This document shows, piece after piece, positions 48,976-61,348 of a stretch of DNA of 61,348 nucleotides. How positions within the stretch are numbered: the first letter of the stretch is position 1; the number at the start of each line of letters is the position of its first letter. Source of the DNA: an uncultured Gammaproteobacteria bacterium. GTDB lineage: Bacteria; Pseudomonadota; Gammaproteobacteria; JAGOUU01. Where the stretch lies: the NCBI GenBank assembly GCA_964387745.1, contig CAYLXL010000006.1, forward strand, positions 1 through 61,348, read 5' to 3'. The notes under the pieces are model-generated. The model saw nothing but the letters and a program-made list of their open reading frames with translations, was not told the origin of the DNA and ran no database searches. Both the position numbers and the translations under genes were made by a program.

Positions 48976-51900
48976 TCAACTAGTTCCAGAAGAATTTAAT
49001 GCGTCGCTTAGTGCACTCTCAATCTCACTAGCTGTAACTTTATTTACTTCTTCAACATTTTTAGGCCTATCATGACTACTTTTGTAGTTTTTGGCTTTTA
49101 ATTGCTTTGCTCTGAGTCGCTTTTCTTGATGGTAAGCAGCGCCTGTACCTGCTGGAATTAAACGCCCTACCATAACATTTTCTTTAAGTCCCCTTAACTC
49201 ATCTCGCTTACCAGTAACTGCTGCTTCAGTTAATACTCTCGTAGTTTCTTGGAAAGAAGCGGCTGATATAAATGAATCTGTATTTAATGAGGCTTTAGTA
49301 ATACCCATTAGTAATTGTTCATAAATAGCAGGGACTTTACCTTGATCCTGTAACTTAGCATTACTTTCTAGTAATGCAGAGATATCTACTAATTCACCTG
49401 CAATATATCCACTGTCTCCAGAAGATGTAACTTCAGCTTTTCTAATCATCTGACGAATGATAACTTCAATATGTTTATCATTGATCTTCACACCTTGTAA
49501 CCTGTAAACATCCTGAACTTCGTTAATAATATAATTAGCTAGTTCATTAGTACCCGCCAATCTTAAGATGTCATGTGGATTTGCAGCACCTTCAGAAATA
49601 ACCTCACCTTTTTCAACTATTTCCCCTTCAAATACAGCCACTTGGCGCCACTTTGGAATCAATAGCTCATAAGGATCGCTACCATCTTTAGGACTGATCA
49701 CCAATCTTCTCTTACCTTTAGTTTCTTTACCAAAGCTAACAATACCAGAAATTTCAGCTAAGATAGCAGATTCTTTTGGCTTTCTGGCTTCAAATAAATC
49801 AGCTACTCGTGGTAAACCACCTGTGATATCGCCAGTTTTTGATGTTTCTTGTGGTATACGAGCAACGGTGTCACCGACTTCTACTCTTGAACCATCTTCT
49901 AACGATAAGATAGCATCAACCGGTAAGAAATACTGCGCTGGCAATGTTAAACCAGGTAAATTCAAATCATCGCCGTTTTCATCAACCAACTTAATCATTG
50001 GACGCAGCTCTTTACCACCTACACCACGCTGTTTGGTATCAATGATAATAATGCTTGATAAACCAGTAATCTCGTCTGTTTGACGACGCATGTTTACGCC
50101 ATCGATCATATCAGTTAGAACAATTTTACCCGCTACTTCAGTAATAATTGGGTGAGTATGTGGTTCCCAATTCGCGACCACTTCACCAGCTCTAACTTTT
50201 TCACCTTCTTTTTTGTCAATGATAGTACCATAAGGGACACGATAACGTTCGCGCTCACGGCCGTAATCATCGATAATTGCAACTTCACCAGAACGTGAAA
50301 CTACTACGTTTTTACCAACTTTATTCTGCACAGTTTTCATATTATGCAGTTTAATTTGGCCATCGGCTTTAACTTGAATGTTATTAACAGCCGTTGCACG
50401 TGAAGCAGCACCACCAATATGGAACGTACGCATAGTTAACTGTGTACCTGGTTCACCGATAGATTGAGCTGCGATAACACCAACAGCCTCTCCGTAGTTC
50501 ACCATATGTCCACGAGCTAAATCGCGACCATAACAGTTTGCACAAATACCAAAACTGTAATCACAAGAAATTGGCGAACGCACTTTAATTTTATACAGAC
50601 CAGCTTTCTCGATGAACTCAACATTATTCTCATCTAGTAATGTATTGACCGGCAAGAACACTTCGTTGCTTTCAGGATCTAAAAGATCTTGCGCTAGCAC
50701 ACGACCCAACACACGCTCACGCAATGGCTCAACTACGTCACCACCTTGAATTAATGGCGCAACCCAAATACCATTATTTGTACCACAATCATCACCCATA
50801 ACTACTACGTCTTGGGCAACGTCTACTAAACGGCGAGTTAAGTAACCTGAGTTAGCTGTTTTTAAAGCTGTATCAGATAGACCTTTACGCGCACCGTGCG
50901 TAGAAATAAAGTATTGTAATACGTTTAGACCTTCTCTAAAGTTCACCGTAATAGGTGTTTCCATAATAGAGCCGTCTGGTTTTGACATCAAACCACGCAT
51001 ACCCGATAACTGTTTAATCTGCGCAGCAGAACCCCTCGCACCAGAGTCAGCCATCATGTAAACAGAGTTGAAAGACTCTTGTTTGACCATATTGCCTTTA
51101 GAATCTTTAACTTCATCAGTCGCAAGTTTTTCCATCATCGCTTTGGCGACTTGGTCACCTGCAACCGTCCAGATATCGACTACTTTATTGTAGCGTTCGC
51201 CGTTAGTAACTAGACCTGAAGCATATTGTGTTTCAATTTCTTTTACTTCTGCTTCTGCAGCTGCGATGATGTCAGCTTTTTCATCTGGAATAACTAAATC
51301 ATCAACACCAATTGATGTACCAGAACGTTTTGCAAATTCAAAACCTGTATACATTAACTGATCAGCAAAAACTACAGTTTCTTTCAAACCTACTTTTCTG
51401 TAACAAATATTGATTAAACTCGATATCTGTTTTTTGTTCATTGTTTTATTAACAAGAGCAAACGGCAAGCCTTTCGGTAAAATATCAAATAAAATAGCGC
51501 GTCCTACAGTACTGTCGACTATAGATGATACGCCATTTTCAATAATTCTTACTTTAACCTTCGCATGTAAAGAAGCGTTTTTATTATAATAAGCACGCTT
51601 TACTTCAGCCGTATCAGAAAACACCATGCCTTCACCAAGCACATTAATTTTCTCGCGAGTCATGTAATACAACCCTAAAACCACGTCTTGCGATGGAACA
51701 ATAATAGGCTCACCATTGGCTGGTGATAATATATTATTACTAGACATCATTAATGTTCTAGCTTCTAATTGTGCTTCCGTAGTAAGTGGAATATGGACAG
51801 CCATCTGGTCACCGTCAAAGTCAGCGTTAAATGCTGCGCATACTAGAGGATGTAACTGAATAGCTTTACCTTCAATTAATACCGGTTCAAATGCCTGAAT

Positions 51901-53220
51901 ACCAAGCCTGTGTAATGTAGGTGCACGGTTTAATAAAACCGGATGTTCACGAATAACTTCTTCCAAGATATCCCAAACTTCCGACTCTTCGCGCTCAACC
52001 ATTTTCTTAGCAGCTTTAATAGTCGTAGCAATGCCACGTAATTCTAATTTACTAAATATAAATGGCTTAAATAATTCTAGCGCCATTTTCTTTGGTAGAC
52101 CGCATTGGTGTAACTTCAATGTAGGGCCTACTACGATTACTGAACGACCAGAATAATCAACGCGCTTACCAAGAAGATTTTGTCTAAATCTACCTTGTTT
52201 GCCTTTAATCATATCAGCCAAAGATTTAAGCGGGCGTTTATTAGAACCAGTAATTGCACGACCACGGCGACCGTTATCTAATAATGCATCGACTGATTCT
52301 TGTAACATTCTCTTTTCATTACGAACGATAATGTCTGGAGCATTAAGATCTAACAATCTTTTTAAACGATTATTACGGTTAATAACACGACGGTATAAAT
52401 CATTAAGATCAGACGTAGCAAACCTACCGCCATCTAATGGCACTAAAGGACGTAAATCTGGTGGTAGTACTGGTAATACATCCAAGATCATCCATTCAGG
52501 CTTATTATTAGACTGCACGAAGTTCTCAAGTAGTTTAAGACGCTTACTTAACTTTTTGATTCTGGTTTCTGAATTAGTAGTTGGCAACTCTTCTCTAATC
52601 TTAGTTATTTCATCTGGAACATTGATTTGATTTAATAAATCTCTGACTGCTTCAGCACCCATACGCGCTGTAAACTCATCACCATATTGTTCTACAGCAT
52701 CTAAATACGCTTCATCAGACATCAACTGCCCTTTTTCTAAAGGTGTCATGCCTGGATCAATAACAACAAAGGCTTCAAAATATAGAACTCGCTCTATATC
52801 TCTTAATGTCATATCAAGTAATAGACCTATTCTTGACGGCAAAGATTTTAAAAACCATATATGCGCAACTGGAGAGGCTAATTCGATATGCCCCATGCGA
52901 TCACGTCGAACATTAGATTTGGTAACCTCAACACCGCATTTTTCACAGATAATGCCACGGTGTTTTAATCTTCTATATTTACCACATAAACACTCATAAT
53001 CTTTGACCGGTCCAAAGATTTTTGCACAAAATAAACCATCTCTCTCTGGTTTATAGGTGCGATAGTTTATAGTCTCGGCTTTTTTTACTTCGCCATAAGA
53101 CCATGAACGGATTGTTTCTGGGGAGGTCAAACTAATGCCAATAGAGTTGATCTCTAATTCCTGCCCTTGTGGTTTGAGTACTTTAAGTAGATCTGTCAAG
53201 TTCGAGTTCGCCAAGATCAT
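48976..53220 (-). CDS. rpoC: DNA-directed RNA polymerase subunit beta'
   Basis: NADFDGDQM catalytic motif; 1414 aa. Confidence 0.99.
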   Translation of the reverse strand: MILANSNLTDLLKVLKPQGQELEINSIGISLTSPETIRSWSYGEVKKAETINYRTYKPERDGLFCAKIFGPVKDYECLCGKYRRLKHRGIICEKCGVEVTKSNVRRDRMGHIELASPVAHIWFLKSLPSRIGLLLDMTLRDIERVLYFEAFVVIDPGMTPLEKGQLMSDEAYLDAVEQYGDEFTARMGAEAVRDLLNQINVPDEITKIREELPTTNSETRIKKLSKRLKLLENFVQSNNKPEWMILDVLPVLPPDLRPLVPLDGGRFATSDLNDLYRRVINRNNRLKRLLDLNAPDIIVRNEKRMLQESVDALLDNGRRGRAITGSNKRPLKSLADMIKGKQGRFRQNLLGKRVDYSGRSVIVVGPTLKLHQCGLPKKMALELFKPFIFSKLELRGIATTIKAAKKMVEREESEVWDILEEVIREHPVLLNRAPTLHRLGIQAFEPVLIEGKAIQLHPLVCAAFNADFDGDQMAVHIPLTTEAQLEARTLMMSSNNILSPANGEPIIVPSQDVVLGLYYMTREKINVLGEGMVFSDTAEVKRAYYNKNASLHAKVKVRIIENGVSSIVDSTVGRAILFDILPKGLPFALVNKTMNKKQISSLINICYRKVGLKETVVFADQLMYTGFEFAKRSGTSIGVDDLVIPDEKADIIAAAEAEVKEIETQYASGLVTNGERYNKVVDIWTVAGDQVAKAMMEKLATDEVKDSKGNMVKQESFNSVYMMADSGARGSAAQIKQLSGMRGLMSKPDGSIMETPITVNFREGLNVLQYFISTHGARKGLSDTALKTANSGYLTRRLVDVAQDVVVMGDDCGTNNGIWVAPLIQGGDVVEPLRERVLGRVLAQDLLDPESNEVFLPVNTLLDENNVEFIEKAGLYKIKVRSPISCDYSFGICANCYGRDLARGHMVNYGEAVGVIAAQSIGEPGTQLTMRTFHIGGAASRATAVNNIQVKADGQIKLHNMKTVQNKVGKNVVVSRSGEVAIIDDYGRERERYRVPYGTIIDKKEGEKVRAGEVVANWEPHTHPIITEVAGKIVLTDMIDGVNMRRQTDEITGLSSIIIIDTKQRGVGGKELRPMIKLVDENGDDLNLPGLTLPAQYFLPVDAILSLEDGSRVEVGDTVARIPQETSKTGDITGGLPRVADLFEARKPKESAILAEISGIVSFGKETKGKRRLVISPKDGSDPYELLIPKWRQVAVFEGEIVEKGEVISEGAANPHDILRLAGTNELANYIINEVQDVYRLQGVKINDKHIEVIIRQMIRKAEVTSSGDSGYIAGELVDISALLESNAKLQDQGKVPAIYEQLLMGITKASLNTDSFISAASFQETTRVLTEAAVTGKRDELRGLKENVMVGRLIPAGTGAAYHQEKRLRAKQLKAKNYKSSHDRPKNVEEVNKVTASEIESALSDALNSSGTS

Positions 53221-53245
53221 TCTCCTAAATATTATCTAATAAACT

Positions 53246-56200
53246 TTAATTACTTTGAGTATCGATATCTATCGCCAATGAACGTATTTCTTTAATCAAT
53301 ACGTTGAATGACTCAGGAATATTAGCATCCATCTTGTGGTTGCCATCGACTATGTTCTTATACATTTTTGTTCTGCCATTAACGTCATCAGACTTAACGG
53401 TTAACATTTCCTGTAATGTATAAGATGCTCCATACGCTTGTAGAGCCCAAACCTCCATCTCACCAAAACGCTGACCACCAAATTGTGCTTTACCACCTAA
53501 CGGTTGTTGCGTAACCAAGCTGTAAGATCCGGTTGAACGCGCATGCATCTTGTCATCAACTAAGTGATTTAATTTTAACATGTACATATAACCAACCGTT
53601 ACTGGTCGATCAAAAGCATCACCTGTACGGCCGTCAAACAGAACAGTTTGGCCACTTGTTGGTAAACCTGATTTAGCCAGCATTTTTTTGATTTCTTCTT
53701 CACTCGCACCATCAAATACTGAAGTAGCCATTGGAACGCCTGCAGATAAATTCGTTGTTAAATCAACAATTTCCTCATCTGATAGGCTGTCAATTTCCAC
53801 TTTTTGACCAGAGCCATCATTATAAATATCATTAAGCGCCGTTTTTAAATCTTTTACACTAGCGTTGTTAATTAACATCTTTTCTAAGTTTAAACCCAGA
53901 GCTTTTGCTGCCCAGCCTAAGTGAGTTTCTAAGACCTGACCAACGTTCATACGTGATGGAACACCTAATGGGTTTAAAACTATATCCACTGGCGTACCAT
54001 CTGCCATATACGGCATATCTTCGATAGGTATAATAGTTGAAATCACACCCTTGTTACCATGGCGACCTGCCATCTTATCACCCGGTTGAATTCTGCGCTT
54101 AACTGCCATGAAAACTTTTACTATCTTTAAGATACCTGGAGATAAATCATCGCCGCTTACTAGTTTTCTACGCTTTTCTTCAAGTAATTCGTCATATCTA
54201 ACACGTTGCTGCATCAATTGACGTTGGGTAGCTTCAAGCTGATCATTGATTTCATCATCTTTGACCACAACTTCGAACCAACGATCTTTTGGCATGCCGT
54301 TTAGATATTCTTCATTCACGACGTTACCAGACTTTAAGCCTGCTGGACCACTATTCGCAGTTTTGCCGATTAACATTTTTGCAACACGTGCAAATAAATC
54401 GCGTTCCAAGATTCTATACTCGTCATTTAAATCTTTTTTGATTTTTTCTAATTCGTATTTCTCTATTTGCAAAGCGCGTTCATCTTTCTCAACAGCGTCA
54501 CGAGTAAATATTTGTACATTAATTACTGTACCGCTCATACCTGTTGGCACACGTAAAGAAGTATCTTTTACGTCCGATGCTTTTTCACCAAAGATTGCTC
54601 TTAATAATTTCTCTTCAGGGGTTAGCTGAGTTTCACCTTTAGGGGTAACTTTACCGACTAAGATATCACCAGCTTGTACTTCAGCACCAATATAAACAAT
54701 ACCTGCATCATCAAGCTTAGATAAGCTAGATTCGCTTACGTTAGGAATATCTGCAGTAATTTCTTCTACGCCTAATTTAGTGTCACGAGAGATACAGGTC
54801 AATTCTTCTATATGAATAGATGTAAAGCGATCCTGTTGTGCTACACGCTCAGAAATTAAAATCGAATCCTCAAAGTTATAACCATTCCATGGCATGAAAG
54901 CCACAAGCAGGTTTTGGCCTAAAGCTAATTCGCCCATATCTGTCGATGGACCGTCTGCAATAATTGTTCCCTTATGGATTACAGTACCAGCTTCTACTAA
55001 AGGTTTTTGATTAATACAAGTATTATGATTAGATCTGGTGTACTTAATAAGGTTATAGATGTCAACACCAGCTTCACCAGCTGTTGTTTCTTCATCATTA
55101 ACTTTGACAACGATTCTTGATGCATCTACTGAATCAACAATACCACCACGCTTAGCGACGATAGCGACACCTGAATCACGAGCAACAGTACGTTCCATTC
55201 CTGTACCTACTAGTGGCTTTTCAGCACACATCAATGGTACTGCCTGACGTTGCATGTTTGAACCCATTAACGCACGGTTAGCATCATCATGCTCTAAGAA
55301 TGGTATTAACGAAGCAGCCACAGATACAATCTGTCTCGGCGACACATCCATAAAGTCAATCTTATCTGGCGTCGTTAAGGTAAATTCATTTAAATGGCGG
55401 CATGGTACCAAGTCATCTGTAAATTCTAAATTTTCATTTAGATTAATATTAGCCTGTGCAATATGATGATTGCCTTCTTCAATAGCTGACAAATACACGA
55501 CTTCATCAGTTACTCTATTATTAACTACGCGACGAACTGGCGTTTCAATAAACCCATATTCATTAATTCTCGCATAAATAGCTAAAGAGTTGATCAAACC
55601 AATATTCGGTCCCTCTGGTGTTTCAATCGGGCAAACACGACCATAGTGAGTATTATGTACGTCGCGAACCTCAAAACCAGCACGTTCTCTTGTCAAACCA
55701 CCGGGCCCTAGAGCTGATACACGTCTTTTGTGTGTAATTTCAGACAATGGATTATTTTGGTCCATGAACTGAGATAATTGACTTGAGCCAAAGAACTCTT
55801 TAATCGCTGCTGAGACAGGCTTAGCATTGATTAGATCTTGTGGCATTAGATTTTCAGAGTCAGCAACGCTTAATCTTTCACGTACTGCGCGCTCTACTCT
55901 AACTAAACCAATTCTAAATTGGTTTTCAGTCATCTCACCAACGCTTCTTACACGTCTATTACCTAAGTGATCGATATCATCAACTTGACCATTACCATCT
56001 CTGATAGCTATTAATACTTTAATAACGTCAATAATATCTTGTTTAGATAAAACCCCAGGGCCAGTAATCTCTTCTCGACCTACACGACGATTGTATTTCA
56101 TTCTACCAACAGCAGATAAATCATATCTTTCTTCGCTAAAGAATAATGATTCAAATAAAGCTTCTGCAGCGTCTTTAGTTGGTGGTTCACCTGGACGCAT

Positions 56201-57346
56201 CATACGATAAATTTCAACCAATGCGTCTAATTGCGTTCTTGTGCTATCTACACGCAATGTTTCAGATATGTAAGCACCTTTATCTAAATCATTAGTGTAA
56301 AGAACTTTAATTTGAGTGATACCTGAGCCAACAATAAGACTCAACAAATCCATCGTAATTTTTGCATTAGATTCTGCCAAAAGCTCACCTGTTTGTGGGT
56401 GAATGATGTCTGTTGATAATGTCTGTTCTAATAAATACTCGCTTGGTACAACTAAACTAGTTATACCAGCATTTTTAATTTTTCTGATGTGAGCAAATGT
56501 TATGTGTCTACCAGCTTCAATAATGACATTACCGTCTTTATCTTTAATATCTGAATAAGCAGTTTCACCACGTAATCTTTCAGGAATTACATCTAATACA
56601 AACTGACTGCCTTGAATGTTAATTACATTGCTAGCAAAGAAGATATCTAAGATCTCTTCTTGTGACAAACCTAAAGCACGTAAGATAACACTTACAGGTA
56701 ACTTGCGACGTCTATCGATTCTTACATAAATATTTTCTTTAGGGTCAAATTCGAAATCTAACCAAGACCCCCTGTATGGGATAATACGCGCAGAATAAAG
56801 CTTTTTACCTGAAGTATGGGTTTTGCCTTTGTCATGTTCAAAGAACACACCAGGAGATCTGTGTAACTGGGATACAATAACTCTTTCAATACCGTTAATA
56901 ACAAACGAACCTGTATCGGTCATTAATGGTAATTCACCCATGTAAACTTCTTGTTCACGGATGTCTTTAACAATTTGTTTATCTTCTACAGAACCTTCTT
57001 CTAATAATACTAATCTAATTTTGACACGAAGAGGAGCTGCATAAGTAGTACCACGAATACGACATTCATTAACATCGAATGTAGGGGTACCTAATTTGTA
57101 GCCAACATATTCTAAGATTGCGAGCCCTGAATAGCTTTTAATAGGAAATAAAGATTTAAATGCTGCTTCTAAACCTGAATCAGCACCATTTTTACTATAA
57201 AGAAAGTTTTGATATGACTCAGTTTGAACATTCAATAATGGTGGTACATCAAAAACTGAAGGTAATTTACTAAAATCCTTGCGAAAACGTTTTTTAATAA
57301 AACGCGCAGGGTTAGCAGATTGAGCAATTTTACTAGTAGATGTCAT
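53246..57346 (-). CDS. rpoB: DNA-directed RNA polymerase subunit beta
   Basis: The translation is unmistakably RpoB; 1366 aa. Confidence 0.99.
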   Translation of the reverse strand: MTSTSKIAQSANPARFIKKRFRKDFSKLPSVFDVPPLLNVQTESYQNFLYSKNGADSGLEAAFKSLFPIKSYSGLAILEYVGYKLGTPTFDVNECRIRGTTYAAPLRVKIRLVLLEEGSVEDKQIVKDIREQEVYMGELPLMTDTGSFVINGIERVIVSQLHRSPGVFFEHDKGKTHTSGKKLYSARIIPYRGSWLDFEFDPKENIYVRIDRRRKLPVSVILRALGLSQEEILDIFFASNVINIQGSQFVLDVIPERLRGETAYSDIKDKDGNVIIEAGRHITFAHIRKIKNAGITSLVVPSEYLLEQTLSTDIIHPQTGELLAESNAKITMDLLSLIVGSGITQIKVLYTNDLDKGAYISETLRVDSTRTQLDALVEIYRMMRPGEPPTKDAAEALFESLFFSEERYDLSAVGRMKYNRRVGREEITGPGVLSKQDIIDVIKVLIAIRDGNGQVDDIDHLGNRRVRSVGEMTENQFRIGLVRVERAVRERLSVADSENLMPQDLINAKPVSAAIKEFFGSSQLSQFMDQNNPLSEITHKRRVSALGPGGLTRERAGFEVRDVHNTHYGRVCPIETPEGPNIGLINSLAIYARINEYGFIETPVRRVVNNRVTDEVVYLSAIEEGNHHIAQANINLNENLEFTDDLVPCRHLNEFTLTTPDKIDFMDVSPRQIVSVAASLIPFLEHDDANRALMGSNMQRQAVPLMCAEKPLVGTGMERTVARDSGVAIVAKRGGIVDSVDASRIVVKVNDEETTAGEAGVDIYNLIKYTRSNHNTCINQKPLVEAGTVIHKGTIIADGPSTDMGELALGQNLLVAFMPWNGYNFEDSILISERVAQQDRFTSIHIEELTCISRDTKLGVEEITADIPNVSESSLSKLDDAGIVYIGAEVQAGDILVGKVTPKGETQLTPEEKLLRAIFGEKASDVKDTSLRVPTGMSGTVINVQIFTRDAVEKDERALQIEKYELEKIKKDLNDEYRILERDLFARVAKMLIGKTANSGPAGLKSGNVVNEEYLNGMPKDRWFEVVVKDDEINDQLEATQRQLMQQRVRYDELLEEKRRKLVSGDDLSPGILKIVKVFMAVKRRIQPGDKMAGRHGNKGVISTIIPIEDMPYMADGTPVDIVLNPLGVPSRMNVGQVLETHLGWAAKALGLNLEKMLINNASVKDLKTALNDIYNDGSGQKVEIDSLSDEEIVDLTTNLSAGVPMATSVFDGASEEEIKKMLAKSGLPTSGQTVLFDGRTGDAFDRPVTVGYMYMLKLNHLVDDKMHARSTGSYSLVTQQPLGGKAQFGGQRFGEMEVWALQAYGASYTLQEMLTVKSDDVNGRTKMYKNIVDGNHKMDANIPESFNVLIKEIRSLAIDIDTQSN

Positions 57347-57406
57347 GCACTTTCCTCAAAAGTAATTGTTATACAATCATCGAATATAAAACATCGAATA
57401 TAAAAT

Positions 57407-57453
57407 AACGTCATCAGAAGTATTTCACTCTTAGAGTGACTCCTGATGACGTT
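57407..57453 (-). terminator. rplL-rpoB intergenic attenuator hairpin (aacgtcatcag...ctgatgacgtt, 11-bp outer stem) followed by a U-rich tract on the mRNA strand
   Basis: Read directly. The position matches the known partial terminator between rplL and rpoB in enterobacteria. Confidence 0.55.
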
Positions 57454-57468
57454 ATCGGTGTGTTAAGA

Positions 57469-57843
57469 TTACTTAACTTCAGCAGCAGCGCCTGATTCTT
57501 CAAGTAGTTTCTTGATTTTAGCAGCTTCGTCTTTATTAACACCTTCTTTGATAACAGCAGGAGAGCTTTCAACAAGATCTTTAGCTTCTTTTAAGCCTAG
57601 ACCAGTGATTTCTCTTACTACTTTAATAACAGCTACTTTATTAGCACCAAAGCTTGTCATATGTACGTCAAACTCGGTTTTCTCTTCAGCAGCTACAGCA
57701 ACGCCACCAGTAGCCGCAGCCACAGCAACAGGTGCTGCCGCAGATACGTTGAATTTAACTTCCATTGCTTCAACTAGTTCAACAACTTCCATTACGCTCA
57801 TTGATGCGATTGCATTTAATATATCGTCTTTACTTAAGGCCAT
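57469..57843 (-). CDS. rplL: 50S ribosomal protein L7/L12
   Basis: Translation with an Ala-rich hinge. Confidence 0.98.
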   Translation of the reverse strand: MALSKDDILNAIASMSVMEVVELVEAMEVKFNVSAAAPVAVAAATGGVAVAAEEKTEFDVHMTSFGANKVAVIKVVREITGLGLKEAKDLVESSPAVIKEGVNKDEAAKIKKLLEESGAAAEVK

Positions 57844-57891
57844 GATTTTACTCCTAACAATTTTTAATCACTAAAGCTAATTTGTTTAATC

Positions 57892-58419
57892 TTACTGAGC
57901 TTTCTTTTGTTCTGCTACAGCATTGATTACGCGAACAACTTTCGCATACGTTTCAGCAAATGTACGTACTAATTTACTTACAGGTGCTTGTGTCACTGAT
58001 GCCAACTGACCTAAAGCCTGTTGTTTAGTAGGTAAGGAAGCAATTCTATCTAAAGCATCGCCGCCATACATTTGTCCACCAACTGATAAAACCTTTACTT
58101 CAAGACGGCTGTTGTCTTTAGCAAATGCTTTCATCAATCTGGCTGGAGCACCAGGATCATCTTTACAAAAGCCCAATAGCATTGGTCCTCTAAGCGCATC
58201 TGTCATGCACTCAAATTTCGTTCCGGCTACTGCGCGTCTAGCTAACGTGTTGCGCACGACCATGAGTTCAACACCCTCAGCACGTGCTTTTTTTCTAAGA
58301 TCGGTTACTTGATTACCAGCAAGACCATTATAATCCACACCTACAGCAGATACGGAATCATTAGCATACTGAGCAACTTTAGCAACTATCTCTTTTTTAT
58401 CATTTAGTCTTAAGACCAC
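57892..58419 (-). CDS. rplJ: 50S ribosomal protein L10
   Basis: Translation and operon position. Confidence 0.96.
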   Translation of the reverse strand: MVLRLNDKKEIVAKVAQYANDSVSAVGVDYNGLAGNQVTDLRKKARAEGVELMVVRNTLARRAVAGTKFECMTDALRGPMLLGFCKDDPGAPARLMKAFAKDNSRLEVKVLSVGGQMYGGDALDRIASLPTKQQALGQLASVTQAPVSKLVRTFAETYAKVVRVINAVAEQKKAQ

Positions 58420-58803
58420 TAAACACCTCCAATTGTAATTATTTTACAAAACTACATAAACATAATTGCCATTTATGATAGTCTCGTAGGCTTATAGTTT
58501 ATGGTTCTAAGTCCACAGTTTATACGGGCGCCACTATATTCTATTTGCTTTTTAGTATATTTTTTATAATATACAAGCAGTTAGTATTTAGTTTCACACC
58601 ATCTGCGTCGGCCGTTTAACCATTATAAGATAAACATTTAAATATATTTCTATATGCCCACGGTCTTTGACGATGCCTAAATATTAGGCAACTCCAAATT
58701 CTTAACAGTGCTGCCCCATGTAGGACACGAGCAGCACACAAAAACTATAGATTGTATAGCAAATTGCTTATTAAATCTATGGTAATGTATTATTTTAATA
58801 ATA
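58420..58803 (-). promoter_or_regulatory. Long rplA-rplJ intergenic leader, the expected site of the rplJ promoter and the L10(L12)4 autoregulatory leader
   Basis: 384-nt non-coding gap at the position of the well-known L10 leader. The structure was not modelled. Confidence 0.4.
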
Positions 58804-59538
58804 TTATAACGACAGGCTAGATTGATCGACAGTCACACCTGGGCCCATAGTAGATGAAAGGGTAATCTTTTTAAAATAAACACCTTTTGCATTACTTGGC
58901 TTAGCTTTCTTCAATGCTTCTATTAAAGCACCTAGATTTTCTTTTAAAGCATTTGCTTCAAAACTTACTTTACCAATCGTAGAATGTACTATACCTGCCT
59001 TATCAGTTCTGTATTGTACTTGTCCGCCTTTAGCGTTCTTAACCGCAGTTTCAACGTCCATAGTAACTGTACCGACTTTTGGGTTCGGCATAAGTCCTCT
59101 TGGACCTAAAACCTGACCTAGTTGACCCACAATACGCATAGCATCAGGAGTAGCAATCACTATGTCAAAGTTCATGTTACCAGCTTTTATATCTTCAGCT
59201 AGATCTTCAAAGCCCACTATGTCAGCACCTGCAGCTTTTGCTTTATCTGCGTTAGGACCTTGAGCAAACACCGCTACTTTAACAGTTTTACCGGTACCAT
59301 TAGGTAATACTAAAGCGCCACGAACTACTTGATCAGATTTGCGAGAATCAATACCTAATTTAATAGCCACATCGAATGATTCATTAAATTTAGTTTTTGA
59401 ATCATTAGCAACTTTTTTTATAATCTCAATAGTCTTATCAAGAGCGTATGTTTTACCCGCTTCAACATGTTCAGCAAACATTTTTCTGCGCTTACTTAAG
59501 TTAGAAGCAACTTTTTGATTTTTATTTGATGTACTCAT
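58804..59538 (-). CDS. rplA: 50S ribosomal protein L1 (about 11-aa N-terminal extension relative to E. coli)
   Basis: Translation. [18 protein letters not shown] aligns with LTKRMRVIREKVDATKQY. Confidence 0.96.
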   Translation of the reverse strand: MSTSNKNQKVASNLSKRRKMFAEHVEAGKTYALDKTIEIIKKVANDSKTKFNESFDVAIKLGIDSRKSDQVVRGALVLPNGTGKTVKVAVFAQGPNADKAKAAGADIVGFEDLAEDIKAGNMNFDIVIATPDAMRIVGQLGQVLGPRGLMPNPKVGTVTMDVETAVKNAKGGQVQYRTDKAGIVHSTIGKVSFEANALKENLGALIEALKKAKPSNAKGVYFKKITLSSTMGPGVTVDQSSLSL

Positions 59539-59972
59539 TATTCAACGCCCTCAACAGTTATACCCATACTACGAGCACTACCAGCAATTGTTCTAACCGC
59601 TGCGTCTAAACTAGCTGCAGTTAAGTCTTCTTGTTTAAGTTTTGCGATCTCTTCAAGTTGAGCGCGAGTTACTTTGCCCACTTTATCAGTATTAGGTTTA
59701 CCACTACCTTTCTGCACGCCAGAAGCTTTCTTAAGCAAATGTGATGCAGGTGGTGTTTTTAGGATAAATGTAAAACTGCGATCACTGTAGACTGTAATAA
59801 TTACAGGAATCGGCATGCCTTTTTCAAGATTTTGAGTTTGTGCGTTAAACGCTTTACAAAACTCCATGATGTTAACACCATGCTGACCTAATGCTGGACC
59901 GATTGGTGGACTCGGGTTTGCAGCACCAGCTGCTACCTGTAGCTTAATATAAGCATCAATTTTTTTAGCCAT
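59538..59972 (-). CDS. rplK: 50S ribosomal protein L11
   Basis: [30 protein letters not shown] start. Confidence 0.98.
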   Translation of the reverse strand: MAKKIDAYIKLQVAAGAANPSPPIGPALGQHGVNIMEFCKAFNAQTQNLEKGMPIPVIITVYSDRSFTFILKTPPASHLLKKASGVQKGSGKPNTDKVGKVTRAQLEEIAKLKQEDLTAASLDAAVRTIAGSARSMGITVEGVE

Positions 59973-60031
59973 TGTTATGTACTCACTTCTATGGGTTTAA
60001 CGCTATTGATTTTACAACTCCACGCAGGTCT

Positions 60032-60148
60032 CGTTATTCCGAGTTTTTGCTTGGAATCTCACACAAAATCTTTTAGCTTCCCTTGTTATTAACATTAAAT
60101 CATTATTTGTTATTTATTCTGAGATTCCTCGCAAAGCTCGGAATGACA
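60032..60148. repeat. GC-rich palindromic element inside the nusG-rplK intergenic leader. Arms cgttattccgagtttttgcttggaatctc and gagattcctcgcaaagctcggaatgaca, with a 60-nt spacer.
   Basis: Read directly. The right arm is near-identical to 28859..28887. Confidence 0.75.
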
Positions 60149-60158
60149 AAACAAGTAA

Positions 60159-60695
60159 TTAAATAATCTTTTCTACTTGACCAAACTCCAATTCAACTGG
60201 CGTTGAACGCCCGAAGATTGAAACTGCCACACGTAATCTGTTTTTCTCGTAATTAACGTCTTCCACCACGCCATTGAAATCAGCAAATGGTCCATCATTC
60301 ACACGAATGACCTCTCCAGCCTCAAACAATACTTTTGGTCTTGGGGAATCAACTCCCTCTTGCACACGTTTTAATATTTTGTTTAATTCTTTTTCACTAA
60401 TCGGAGCCGGTTTATCGGCTTTGCCACCAATAAAACCAATAACTTTCGGGACTTCACAAATTAAATGCCATAAGTCATCATCTAGATCGACTTCTAATAG
60501 CACGTAGCCAGGAAAGAATTTGCGCTCACTTTTACGCTTTTGACCAGCCTTCATTTCCATAACCTCTTCGGTAGGAACTAAGATTTCACCAAAACGCTCT
60601 TCAAGCTTTTTAACAGCGATCCTTTCTTCAAGCAGCTTCTTTACTGCAAGCTCTTGACCTGAATAAACTTGTAATATATACCATTGCATTGGCAT
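60159..60695 (-). CDS. nusG: Transcription termination/antitermination factor NusG
   Basis: [11 protein letters not shown] start; C-terminal KOW region. Confidence 0.97.
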   Translation of the reverse strand: MPMQWYILQVYSGQELAVKKLLEERIAVKKLEERFGEILVPTEEVMEMKAGQKRKSERKFFPGYVLLEVDLDDDLWHLICEVPKVIGFIGGKADKPAPISEKELNKILKRVQEGVDSPRPKVLFEAGEVIRVNDGPFADFNGVVEDVNYEKNRLRVAVSIFGRSTPVELEFGQVEKII

Positions 60696-60698
60696 GTG

Positions 60699-61043
60699 TT
60701 ATACCTCTTGCCCAGTTATCCACGCCATTATTTTAAATAACAACGTATCGATACCCCAAAAAACTATCGACATTATTAAAACCATTATCATCACTACTAT
60801 TGTCGCCTGCACGGTCTCTTGCCTTGTTGGCCAAATAACCTTTCTGGCTTCATTTTTCGCGCCTATAACAAATGCCCAAGCTTGTTTACCATAAACAGTC
60901 GTACTAGCCACAAAAGTAGCAAGCATAAAAGATAGCACAACAGTAACTATTCTTACGAAATAAGGTATTTGTTCTGCATATCCGGAGGCAATACCCAATA
61001 TTAGAATGGCACCGGCTACGGTCCACTTAATATAATCGTTCAT
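60699..61043 (-). CDS. secE: Preprotein translocase subunit SecE
   Basis: Three-TM protein with a conserved KVIWPTRQE segment, immediately upstream of nusG. Confidence 0.93.
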   Translation of the reverse strand: MNDYIKWTVAGAILILGIASGYAEQIPYFVRIVTVVLSFMLATFVASTTVYGKQAWAFVIGAKNEARKVIWPTRQETVQATIVVMIMVLIMSIVFWGIDTLLFKIMAWITGQEV

Positions 61044-61151
61044 GGGACAACCTTAACTTTGTTTTAAACACTTTAGTATAATAAGTAACTTAACTTAATG
61101 ATTCGATACCAAGTTATTGATTTATTTATTAAGTAAGTAGTAAGTTATTGA

Positions 61152-61227
61152 TGGCAGGCCAGGAGGGTCTCGAACCCACAACCTGCGGTTTTGGAGACCG
61201 CCACTCTGCCAATTGAGCTACTGGCCT
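61152..61227 (-). tRNA. trnW: tRNA-Trp (anticodon CCA), 76 nt, with the 3' CCA encoded
   Basis: Folded by hand: acceptor AGGCCAG/CTGGCCT, anticodon loop CTCCAAA, T-loop TTCGAGA (one U-U mismatch in the T-stem). Canonical position between tuf and secE. Confidence 0.9.
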
Positions 61228-61292
61228 ATCAATAACTGCCTAACTTAACAAACTTTTCAACCTAATGGCACATAATATATTATTGACAGCAA

Positions 61293-61348
61293 CTATTCAA
61301 TAATTTTAGTTACAACACCAGCGCCTACTGTTCTGCCGCCTTCACGAA
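61293..61348 (-). CDS. tuf: Elongation factor Tu, second copy (3' end only; truncated by the window edge)
   Basis: The 53 nt upstream of the stop are identical to 44530..44582. The stop codon is TAG here and TAA in copy 1. Confidence 0.9.
   Translation of the reverse strand, partial: REGGRTVGAGVVTKIIE

Noticed and set aside
61152-61227. U-U mismatch in the tRNA-Trp T-stem considered as evidence of a pseudo-tRNA
   Set aside because: All other stems, the anticodon loop, the T-loop and the encoded CCA are intact, and the genomic position is canonical. A single mismatch is tolerable.

Overview
This is a chromosomal window from a visibly AT-rich gammaproteobacterium. The gene order and several orphan effector-like ORFs look Legionellales/Coxiellaceae-like, but that is inference only and I ran no database search.

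About half of the window (30.4-61.3 kb, all on the minus strand) is one contiguous translation/transcription super-cluster: tuf (second copy, truncated at the window edge), tRNA-Trp, secE, nusG, rplKAJL, rpoBC, rpsLG, fusA, tuf, the S10, spc and alpha operons, ending at rplQ. rpmJ is missing from the ORF track and was found by hand.

The first 30 kb is mainly housekeeping: TauE/rhodanese, photolyase, htpX, ndk, an isc cluster, trmJ, brnQ, SPFH/NfeD, ssb, uvrA.

Accessory material is interleaved with the housekeeping genes:
- A four-gene island at 0.4-5.5 kb: Fic / Arch_ATPase-wHTH-DUF234 NTPase / CPBP(Abi) protease / Fic. Its genes are bounded by a mosaic of short direct repeats, including a decayed copy of the NTPase 3' end placed directly after the second Fic gene.
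- A wHTH-nucleotidyltransferase plus HEPN-like pair at 19.7-20.7 kb.
- An opine dehydrogenase plus DMT exporter pair.
- Several orphan coiled-coil, secreted or repeat-containing ORFs.

Other notable points:
- An IscU-like protein has lost all canonical cluster ligands, inside a truncated iscS-iscU-iscA operon.
- A MITE-like element with 20-bp terminal inverted repeats sits at two accessory/core junctions.
- A family of GC-rich palindromic repeats is dispersed through the window; one copy lies inside the nusG-rplK leader.

No CRISPR array, transposase, integrase or rRNA gene was seen. All functional calls rest on motifs and by-eye similarity. HMM/BLAST confirmation was not possible here.
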